From a virus (Duplodnaviria; Caudoviricetes): a stretch of DNA of 64,000 nt. The stretch lies in IMG/VR virus record IMGVR_UViG_3300027969_000041; one strand, given 5' to 3'. Below, in pieces: positions 44,532-53,600 of the stretch; position 1 is the first letter of the stretch, and every line of letters starts with the position of its first letter. A program made the position numbers and the translations under genes. The notes under the pieces are model-generated. The model was given only the letters and a program-made list of their open reading frames with translations, was not told the DNA's origin and did no database searches.

Positions 44532-45908
44532 ATGGCAGATCATTTTTATGATGGTCAGGTACGCAGATATCTGACACAGTTTATGAGGATTATGAGTAAC
44601 TTTAGTTATAAAGATGCTAAGGGTAAACTTACACAAATTCCAGTCCGCTACGGTGATATGAATAGACAAGTGTCTAGTCTATTAAAGAAAAACAGTGAGA
44701 ACACTATCCCTAGTGCGCCATTTATTGCCTGCTATATCAAAGACATTCAGTTTGATCGTCCACGTATGCAAGATCCTACATTTGTTAGCACAGTTAATAT
44801 TCGTGAACGTACTTATGATGAAACTGGTCAAGAATATTTGAATACACAAGGTGCAAACTATACCGTAGAACGCATTATGCCTAGTCCATATCTTCTTACT
44901 TTTTCTGCAGATATTTGGACTACAAACACAGATCAAAAGTTTCAACTATGGGAACAACTTGCTGTATTATTCAACCCTAGTTTAGAAATACAAACAACAG
45001 ACAACTATATTGATTGGACAAGTTTAAGTGTCCTTACCTTAGAAAATCAAGTATGGAGTAGTCGCAGTATTCCACAAGGTCTTGAACAAGATATTGATAT
45101 TTTGAATATGACTTTTAGTGCACCTATATGGATTAGTCCACCTGCTAAAGTTAAGAAATTAGGAATTATTACTAAAATTATTAGTAACGTATTTTCTGTA
45201 CCTACGGGAAATATTCAAACAGATTACAATAATCCGTATGCAGTAGAGTTATTTGGGGAACCAGCTTCAACAGTTACAGTAACTCTTGGAAATTATGAAT
45301 TATTAGTAATGAATAACGTTGCTAAATTGATCAGCAATCAAGGCACAGATTACGATATTGCATCTGATACTGCACAACAAACAGCGTGGACTAGATTATT
45401 AGATTTATATCCAGGCCAGTTCCGTGCAGGTCTAAGCCAATTAAGATTGACTAAGCCTGACGGTAATGAAATTGTTGCCTATATCAGCTTAGATCCACTT
45501 GACGAGTTTAGGATGGTTATGAACATTGATCACGACACAGTTCCTAGCAATACAATTATCAGTGGCAGAGGCACCGTTGATGCTATTATTAATCCTGAAA
45601 CATTTAATCCTATCTCTACTAGAGCAGCAGGAAAACGCTATCTAATATTAGAAGCTATCAATAGTACTATTACAGAAGGTCCACTAGCGTGGCAACAGGC
45701 CAACGGTCAAGGATTTAGTGCTAATGCCAATGACATTATCGAGTGGAGCGGGACTGCTTGGTCAGTTATTTTCAATTCTCAGGCAGCTACTGCGGTGACG
45801 TATATAACTAACTCATACACAGGAGTTCAATACAAATGGGATTTAGAATCCTGGAGTAAGAGCTTTGAAGGTGTTTATACTAACCAAGCATGGCGTCTAA
45901 TTCTCTAA
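44532..45908 (+). CDS. gp15: Tail completion/terminator protein (gp15-like) with C-terminal extension
   Basis: HFYDGQVRRYL, IPVRYG, PSPY, QLWEQLAVLFNPSL, FSAPIWISPP. Confidence 0.8.
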   Translation: MADHFYDGQVRRYLTQFMRIMSNFSYKDAKGKLTQIPVRYGDMNRQVSSLLKKNSENTIPSAPFIACYIKDIQFDRPRMQDPTFVSTVNIRERTYDETGQEYLNTQGANYTVERIMPSPYLLTFSADIWTTNTDQKFQLWEQLAVLFNPSLEIQTTDNYIDWTSLSVLTLENQVWSSRSIPQGLEQDIDILNMTFSAPIWISPPAKVKKLGIITKIISNVFSVPTGNIQTDYNNPYAVELFGEPASTVTVTLGNYELLVMNNVAKLISNQGTDYDIASDTAQQTAWTRLLDLYPGQFRAGLSQLRLTKPDGNEIVAYISLDPLDEFRMVMNIDHDTVPSNTIISGRGTVDAIINPETFNPISTRAAGKRYLILEAINSTITEGPLAWQQANGQGFSANANDIIEWSGTAWSVIFNSQAATAVTYITNSYTGVQYKWDLESWSKSFEGVYTNQAWRLIL

Positions 45909-46333
45909 ATCAAATTGTTTGCAGTGGCGGAATCTTTCTTGCTAAAGAAACACGCAGATTTTTATTCTTACTAAGAACTCAGGGAAAAACTGCAGGCACT
46001 TGGGGATTAGTTGGGGGTAAAAAAGAACCCACTGATATTACTGCGGTTGATGCACTTAAAAGAGAAATCACAGAAGAAGTAGGTAAGACTCCCACAATAA
46101 AAAAGATTGTTCCACTAGAATTGTTTACTAGTAACGATCAAAATTTTCAATATAACACTTATGTTTTGTTAGTTGATAAAGAATTTATTCCTACACTCAA
46201 TGAAGAACATAGTGGGTATGCATGGTGTACTTACGACGAATGGCCAAAGCCCTTACATCAGGGCGTAAAAAATAGCCTTAATAACAAAAGTATTAAGGCT
46301 AAGTTAGAAATCTTACTAGAATTAATCGATTAA
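45890..46333 (+). CDS. Nudix hydrolase
   Basis: WGLVGG...ALKREITEEVG Nudix box. Confidence 0.85.
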   Translation: MASNSLNQIVCSGGIFLAKETRRFLFLLRTQGKTAGTWGLVGGKKEPTDITAVDALKREITEEVGKTPTIKKIVPLELFTSNDQNFQYNTYVLLVDKEFIPTLNEEHSGYAWCTYDEWPKPLHQGVKNSLNNKSIKAKLEILLELID

Positions 46334-46975
46334 ATCTGGGCCAAACGCCCATGTACCTAAGTGGCGCATTTCCATACTAAGCTGTGTATCAACTTTAACT
46401 GTATAACCACGTTGTGCCATCTTCTGGCATAGGATCATATCTTCACCTAAGTGATCATTGCTTTTAGGCGTCCATCCAAATTCAAACCATGGTTGAGGAA
46501 TTTCTGTTAAAATTTTAGTCTTCATTAACATACATCCCATACCTATGCCTTCTACAGGAACTAAATCATCGTATGGTTTAAATGGAAGAGGATTCTGCCA
46601 ATCGCCGATTGTTTCGTAAGCAACACCTTTAGCTGGTAATTGTCTGCGAATATAGTTTGCAGCAACAATATCTTCGTTATGTGCCAGTAGTCGAAGTGCG
46701 GTAGCGGAAGGGAACACCATATCGCTGTCTAGCCATAACATGTATTCGGCGCCAACGTTCTGGGCTTCTATAGCTAGGCGTTCTCTTTGTGTTAGTAAAA
46801 TAGTACTTGCGTCATAAACAACATGGGTATCTAAGTTATTCATTGTATTAAGTTTAACAAGTTCAACTAAGCACTTGCTAAATGCACTATGTAGCATGTC
46901 TCGACAAGGAACTAATACTGCCAGTTTACCCTTTTTAAGACTCCATTTACTGGAGGCAAATACACTTTTTGTCAT
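46322..46975 (-). CDS. GT-A fold (family 2-like) glycosyltransferase
   Basis: VLVPCRD, WLDSDM (DxD), GMGCMLMK, GEDMILC. Confidence 0.75.
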   Translation of the reverse strand: MTKSVFASSKWSLKKGKLAVLVPCRDMLHSAFSKCLVELVKLNTMNNLDTHVVYDASTILLTQRERLAIEAQNVGAEYMLWLDSDMVFPSATALRLLAHNEDIVAANYIRRQLPAKGVAYETIGDWQNPLPFKPYDDLVPVEGIGMGCMLMKTKILTEIPQPWFEFGWTPKSNDHLGEDMILCQKMAQRGYTVKVDTQLSMEMRHLGTWAFGPDLID

Positions 46976-47442
46976 GCGCCTGCCACATCGTTGCTCAGTG
47001 TTTCACCTTGAATTACAAGTTCTTGTATAGCACTGATTAAATCTTGTGTGCGTTTAGCTGTAAGAATAAAATCAGTAGGACTTAATTTACAGGTGATAGT
47101 CATTGTGTCAAAACCAACACGCCCGTTAGTTAGAACTTCGAGGGCACTTTGACGAGCAAGTGCTTCAATAAAGTTTTGTTGAACAACTTCATCATCGTTT
47201 GACAATAAGTTAACACACTCTTCTTCGTCTAAATCATTAGATAGGTCAACAAGTATTTCTAACTCTTGTGTTTCTAGGTCAGTAAGTTTTTCTAAGGATT
47301 CTAGTTCTTGGATTCGTGTTAAAAAATCAAACAACGTTTTTGGATTTGATGCTCGATCACTCCATTTAATGTTGTCTAGTTCCCACCTCGATAACCCTAG
47401 TTGTGCTTTTGATAAAATGCCGTCTATGTCTAATTTTTTCAT
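46972..47442 (-). CDS. Hypothetical protein
   Basis: Coupled between small fibre-associated gene and glycosyltransferase. Confidence 0.7.
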   Translation of the reverse strand: MKKLDIDGILSKAQLGLSRWELDNIKWSDRASNPKTLFDFLTRIQELESLEKLTDLETQELEILVDLSNDLDEEECVNLLSNDDEVVQQNFIEALARQSALEVLTNGRVGFDTMTITCKLSPTDFILTAKRTQDLISAIQELVIQGETLSNDVAGA

Positions 47443-47444
47443 TG

Positions 47445-47663
47445 TTAATATGTATAAGTGGTTGTTCTACCACCGAACGTTGACGAGAGACTAATTTGAG
47501 TACCGGCTGCACTAACACCATAGTTTGCACCAAGTGTTGCACTTAGCCTAATGTTTGACCCTCCGGCTGGGGCATTGCCTGCCGCGCCCGGAGCATTGTT
47601 ATTATACGCCTGGTTGACTCTTCCAAATGTTATTGCACTTCCGGTTGCTGGTATTAATCCCAC
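47445..47663 (-). CDS. Small Gly/Ala-rich fibre-associated protein
   Basis: GTG start after GGGGA; ATAAATA upstream. Confidence 0.6.
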   Translation of the reverse strand: MGLIPATGSAITFGRVNQAYNNNAPGAAGNAPAGGSNIRLSATLGANYGVSAAGTQISLSSTFGGRTTTYTY

Positions 47664-47684
47664 GGTCTTGTCCCCTGTGGCGTG

Positions 47685-50438
47685 TTATTTATTGACCAGA
47701 TTGTCAATGGTCTCGGAAAGTTGAGCAATTTGTTTTTGCTGTTCTTTTATGGCTTCTACTAACAATGGTACTAATTTCTCGTATTGAATAGTCTTGTAAT
47801 CCTCTCCAGATTTACTGTTTCCATTTTCATCTTGATCAAACGGTGCTGGTCTAACTGCTTCTGGTAGAACTGCATCTACTTCATCGGCAAATAGTCCAAC
47901 GATTGTTTTATCGGATGTGTATCCAAAACTTCTTGCTAAATCGTTCGGTGTATATAAAATACCATTTAATGATAACACCTTTTGTACAGCATTGTCAATG
48001 ATTTTGACATTTTCTTTTAATCTTCTGTCCGAATAATATGCTGTAATTTCATTAGTAGCACGAATCTCACCAGTTGTACCGCTTGGCGCTGTACCAACTC
48101 CTAATGATCCGTTAATTCTTTCGTTACCGTTAACATAACTGTTACCAGTATTGTAGATACCCCAGCTATTTGTAAATGTTACATTTGTACTTGCAACAGG
48201 AGCCTGAACATATAAGTTAATAGCATCAGTGACTGTAATTGCGTTAGTAGACGCAAAGCTAGGACTGTGAAAACTTGCACCAACTTTTCCTGATACTGTG
48301 CCTGCAATAGCAGTAGTATCAGTTAATGCTGCGGCAGCACTATGGAACACCGGACTGGTTGTTGTCCATGCAGTAGAACTAATATTACCTGTTCTAGTAA
48401 ATGCTGTGGCATTAATAGTTCCCACAACTCCTAATGTACTGATAGAATTAGTCCATGTAAAGTTGCCCGAGAATGTTGTTGCACCTGCGGCACTTTGATA
48501 AGGAATTTGATTAACTAGGCCGCCAGCAATATTTGTAGCGGTAGTTGAACTGCCAGCACTTAGTCCAGATGCCAATGACCACTGAGGAGCACTTGCACCC
48601 GCAGTTAACACGTATCCGCTTGTACCTAATGCTAGTTTAGTTAGTGCTGTACCTGAAGCATAATAAGCAATGTCACCAGCAGTCCAAGATGATAATCCTG
48701 TACCACCGTTGTTAGTTGCAACTACACCTGTAACATTTGCAGAACTACCTGAAATATTATTTGTACTTAATGCCGTTGCAATTTGCGCACCAGTTGCCGC
48801 AGTAAATGCACTTGTACCATTACCGTAGGCAACACCAGTTAGTGTATTAACACCTGTACCACCGTTGGCTGCACCTAATGTTTGTGTCCACTGAGGTGCC
48901 GTTGCACCTGTATTTACTGTTAAGAAATATCCTGCTGTACCAATTGCTAAGAAAGTAGTTGTGGCAGCGCCTGATTGATAAGGTAAGCTGCCTGCACTAC
49001 CGCCCGCTATGTTGCCGGCAGTACCAGATGCATTTCCTGTTAGTGCTCCAACAAATGTAGTAGCTGTTACTGATCCAGTAATTGTTGCACCTGCACTACC
49101 TGTGATTAGGCCACCTACATATAATTTGTCACCTATGCCAACGCCGCCATTGACAACTAATGCTCCAGTTGATGTAGAACTTGCAGCAATACCTGCAATA
49201 ATTTTTACTGTACCGGTTGAATCAACTGTAACACGATCAATAGCATTAGTAGTTAATTTTAAAGAGTTTGTAGCAGGAAATATTGAGAATGATTCAGACC
49301 CTGCGTTATTAGTTAATGCTGCTTGATTAGCATCGGAGTACAAAACACCAATTTGGCCTGTACTAGCACCTCGGAATTTTAATATAGAATTTGCACTACT
49401 GATAATATGCAACGGTGCAGTTGGAGTATCGACACCAATACCGTGATATCCAGAGCTAGGAATAAATGTTAGTCCACTAGTAGCTGCTGTTTTGATTCCT
49501 GTGTTACCTGTACTTGTTGATACAAATGTAACATACATTGGAGTAATTGTAGCAATATCATTTGTAATAGTGACATTAGTTGCTGTACCTGCACTTAGTC
49601 CACTAATTGCAGTCCATTGAGGTGCTGTTGCGCCTGCGGTTAATACAAATCCGCTTGTACCCAAAGCCAACATTGTTGTTGTATCTGCGGCTGTTTGATA
49701 TGGCAAACTGCCAGCTACTCCGCCTACTACATTTGTTGCTTTGGAAGCTGTTCCTGTTAAACTAGCAGTAATTGTGCCTGCTGAGAAATTGCCGCCGGCA
49801 TCTCTAAATACCAAAGTACTAACTGTATTTGAGCTTGTACCGTTTGATGTAACAGTAAATGTCTGTGTCTCACCAGTTGTTGATCCACTTAGACCATAAC
49901 CTGATGTAGCACCAGTTGAAACATAATCACCAGTTGTATCTGTTCCTAATACTACACTGTTAGGTTGAATGGTTAAATTAACGCTGGTTACATCAGCACT
50001 ACCATCAATACTAAATGTACCAGTTGTATCACCGGTAAATGTCACTGTTCTAGCAGTAGACCATTTTGTTGCTACTGTTGCTGTTCCTACAGATAAGGTA
50101 GACTGTGCTACATAACTAGGAGCAGAAGAGCCGTTACTGCTTAAAATAGATCCTACAGTTGATGTAGTTACAAAACCAGTTGTACCTGGAGCACTTTGAT
50201 AAACTAATTGCCCTGCTAGGCCATTGGCTATATTAGTAGCAGTGGTAACACTTCCACTTCCGGAGACTGTTCCGTATATTATTCCGCCAACATATAAATT
50301 TCCACCAACACCTGCACCACCTATTACCTGTAACGCACCGGTAATAGTCGACGATGCCGCATTGGTTCCGCTGACAAAAAGTTGGGTATCAACGGTTCCG
50401 GTACCGTATATTCTTGTTCCAGTTAATAGTTTTGCCAT
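47685..50438 (-). CDS. Tail fibre protein with C-terminal intramolecular chaperone (peptidase S74-like)
   Basis: Thr/Gly/Ser-rich repeats; YYSDRRLKENV...YEKLVPLLVEAIKEQQKQI C-terminus. Confidence 0.85.
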   Translation of the reverse strand: MAKLLTGTRIYGTGTVDTQLFVSGTNAASSTITGALQVIGGAGVGGNLYVGGIIYGTVSGSGSVTTATNIANGLAGQLVYQSAPGTTGFVTTSTVGSILSSNGSSAPSYVAQSTLSVGTATVATKWSTARTVTFTGDTTGTFSIDGSADVTSVNLTIQPNSVVLGTDTTGDYVSTGATSGYGLSGSTTGETQTFTVTSNGTSSNTVSTLVFRDAGGNFSAGTITASLTGTASKATNVVGGVAGSLPYQTAADTTTMLALGTSGFVLTAGATAPQWTAISGLSAGTATNVTITNDIATITPMYVTFVSTSTGNTGIKTAATSGLTFIPSSGYHGIGVDTPTAPLHIISSANSILKFRGASTGQIGVLYSDANQAALTNNAGSESFSIFPATNSLKLTTNAIDRVTVDSTGTVKIIAGIAASSTSTGALVVNGGVGIGDKLYVGGLITGSAGATITGSVTATTFVGALTGNASGTAGNIAGGSAGSLPYQSGAATTTFLAIGTAGYFLTVNTGATAPQWTQTLGAANGGTGVNTLTGVAYGNGTSAFTAATGAQIATALSTNNISGSSANVTGVVATNNGGTGLSSWTAGDIAYYASGTALTKLALGTSGYVLTAGASAPQWSLASGLSAGSSTTATNIAGGLVNQIPYQSAAGATTFSGNFTWTNSISTLGVVGTINATAFTRTGNISSTAWTTTSPVFHSAAAALTDTTAIAGTVSGKVGASFHSPSFASTNAITVTDAINLYVQAPVASTNVTFTNSWGIYNTGNSYVNGNERINGSLGVGTAPSGTTGEIRATNEITAYYSDRRLKENVKIIDNAVQKVLSLNGILYTPNDLARSFGYTSDKTIVGLFADEVDAVLPEAVRPAPFDQDENGNSKSGEDYKTIQYEKLVPLLVEAIKEQQKQIAQLSETIDNLVNK

Positions 50439-50461
50439 AGTACTCTATTTATTCATTATTT

Positions 50462-50683
50462 TTAAGTTGGTTTATCCACTTCATTAAACCCATTTGATAC
50501 TAACAATGTTCCTGTATTAGTTTCACGTTTTGATATGGCGCCATTGTTAATAGATACTTCATCAAACTGTGCGGCATAATACGTTGTAGTTGTTAATCTA
50601 ATAGTAGAGGTTGTTACTTCGTCAAATTCTCCACTGATAAACAGTGTACCTGTTGATGTTAGTCTAGATGCAACAGTTGCCAT
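50462..50683 (-). CDS. Small fibre-associated protein
   Basis: 73 aa with FDEV repeated; between fibre genes. Confidence 0.6.
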   Translation of the reverse strand: MATVASRLTSTGTLFISGEFDEVTTSTIRLTTTTYYAAQFDEVSINNGAISKRETNTGTLLVSNGFNEVDKPT

Positions 50684-53600
50684 TATCCAAACACCGTATC
50701 TAAACTATTTGTAGCAGCGTTATAGAATTGATAAACTGCACTTGTTCCTGTCGAAGTTCCAAATCCAACTCTGTTACCAACATAGACACTGTCTTTAACA
50801 CCAACGCCACCTGTTACAGTTAATGCACCAGTATTTGTTGATGTACTTGCGGTTGTATTTGTAATACCAATTGAATTATTAGTAGTTGCACCTCTAGTAG
50901 TAACAGTTTGTAATGTGCTAGTATTCGATACTGTTACAGCACCTGTACTTGTATTGACCGCAGTATCAGTGCCTGCAAATATTGTTGTCTGCGTTGCCTG
51001 TGTAACAAATTGATTAACTGTAGCAGTTGTTATAATCTGTGCGCCAGCAACATATGATGTGTTAAGAACATATAATGCACCGCCTATACCAACTCCACCA
51101 GTTACCTGTAATGCACCACTGTTAGTTGATATTGCTGCGGTTGCATTTGTAATACTAATTGCGGCATTGGTAGTTGCACCACGACCAGTTACAGTCTGTA
51201 ATGTACTTGTATTCCAAATTGTAATAACACCAGTGCTTGTATTAACAGCAGTATCAGTGCCAGCAAATACAGTTGTCTGGCTGGCATATTGATTAACTGT
51301 GGCAGTTGTTATAATCTGTGCGCCGGAAACATAACTTGTCTGGCCAATATATACTGCGCCACCTATACCAACTCCGCCAGCGACTTGTAGGACACCAGTT
51401 ATAGTTGAACTAGATGCAGTAGTATCTACTAGGATAATACTACCAAGACGGAATGTTCCGTTTGTACCAGTTATGTTAATATCGTTATCAGGGCCTGCGT
51501 GAGATAACCATTCTAGATAACCTGTGGCATTATCGCGGCCTAAGAAAGAGTTGCGATCTGCAGTATCATAGTAATGGAAACGGAAACCAATATCTTTTCC
51601 GTCATTACCAAACCATTCTGGGCTGTAGTGTAGTTCAGTTATGTTATCAGTATAAACGGTGTTAGTTGATAATATGTAAGTAGTAGTACCGCTGAATATA
51701 ACATTATTTTGGAATACGGCAGGCCCATTTACAAACAATGATGAGCCAATTCCAACACCGCCTGCTACATACAATGCATTATTTTGTACCGTAGAAGTGC
51801 TGGCTACGGTGCTTAAAATAGTTGCACTACTGCCAACATTCAATGTCTTACCAATTCCAACACCACCTACAACAGTAACAGCTCCTGTAATAGTTGAGCT
51901 ACTATCTGTAGAGTTAGTAAAGATAAATGTGCTAGTGGTTGTAGTTGTCAATCCTTGAGCACCTGTTGCACCTGTTGCACCTGTTGCACCCCTAGGGCCT
52001 TGTCCACCTTGTACGCTGTTTTCTAAGGCTGCATAATCAATCCATGTTCTGTGTGCTGTGTTGCCTGAAGATACATGATATATTCTAGCAGTAACTTTAC
52101 CACCTGACAAGTATGGGGCAGAATCAATAACACTTAGAATAAATTGGAACCAGTTTGTTGATCCTGAATAGGTAGTAAGTGTATCCCATGTTAGTGTCGC
52201 ATAGTTGTACAAATCAATTTCTACAGTATGACCTGATGATGCTGTATAGTTGATGTTTAATACTAATCTTGTAAAATCAGTAACATTAGAGAAGCCAATG
52301 TAGACTACGTATGCTGGAGCACCTGTGGCATCATTGATGCTATAGAATCCAGTATTAGTTCCAGTATTGTAATCATTAATTGTACTAACATCATTTACGG
52401 TGCCAAAATTGTAAGTACCGTAGCTAGTGCTTGTTCCTGCTATTGTAGACAATCCTGTTTGTGATGTAGGATCGTTGGTAATATAAGTTGCAGTAAATGT
52501 AACTGTTTCTAAATCGCCTGCTGTGAGAATCTTTGATCCGTTAACATAGCTGGTATTTGCTACATTGATTGATCCACCTATGCCTAAATAGTTTGCAAAA
52601 TAGCTATCACCAGTAACACCTAAACCTCCACTACTAATTTTTAATGTTTGGCTAGTAACTGTGCCGCTGCTTGCAACACCGCCACTCAGTGTACTAGTTG
52701 TAGACCAAATAGGTGCATTGTTAACATAAGTTAACACGCTGTTTGTAGAACCACCTGCTAGCAATGCTGTTGTGTCTGTAGCAGATTGGTACACTAAACT
52801 GCCAGTGCTGCCACCTAATACATTTGTTGCATAGGTAGCAGTACTAGCAGTTAATGCCAATGTGGCAGTTGTTGCTAACAATGCTGCGGCTGCTGTGTCA
52901 GCGTATCCTACACGGATACTTGTTGTGTTTGTATATTGCGGACCGCTTGTTCCATTACTTGTTAAGATTTGACCTGCTGTGCCGGGCCCTGCAAATCCAG
53001 TAGAGCTTGTAGTTACTTGATACACTACCTGGCCAGCGGTACCACCTTTAACATTATCAGCAAATGATGTGTTTCCAGAACTTAAATTACCTAAAGATGT
53101 CCACTCTGGGGTTAACCCATTAGATGTTAAAATATAAGTTGATGTTCCTATTCCTAAGAATGTAGTAACACCGGATGTTGTTTGATACGGGACACTTCCG
53201 CCTAATCCACCGGCAATATTAGTTGCTGTATTTGCTAACAATGCTAGAGTAGCCGTATTTGCTAACAATGCTATTGTAGCAGTATTTGCTAGTAATGCTA
53301 AAGTTGCTGTCTCAGCAGTTAGTGCATAAGTTGCTGTATTTGCTAACAATGCTATTGTAGCAGTATTTGCTAACAATGCAAAAGTGGCAGTATTTGCTAA
53401 CAATGCAAAAGTGGCAGTGTCTGCTAATAATGCATGAGTAGCTGTTTCAGCAGTTAGTGCATAAGTTGCTGTATTTGCTAGCAATGCAAAAGTAGATGTT
53501 CCGCCATTCAACGCATAAGTTGCTGTTGTTGCTAACAATGCAAAAGTGGCAGTGTCTGCTAATAATGCATGAGTAGCTGTTTCAGCAGTTAGTGCATAAG

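Larger units (their letters stand above)
15309..50451. promoter_or_regulatory. T4 late-type promoter boxes ([T/A]AAATA / TATAAATA) at late gene starts
   Basis: At 15309, 15321, 19171, 19202, 29719, 31990, 33593, 35218, 35702 (TAAGTA), 37663, 43302, 43310, 50446. Confidence 0.75.
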
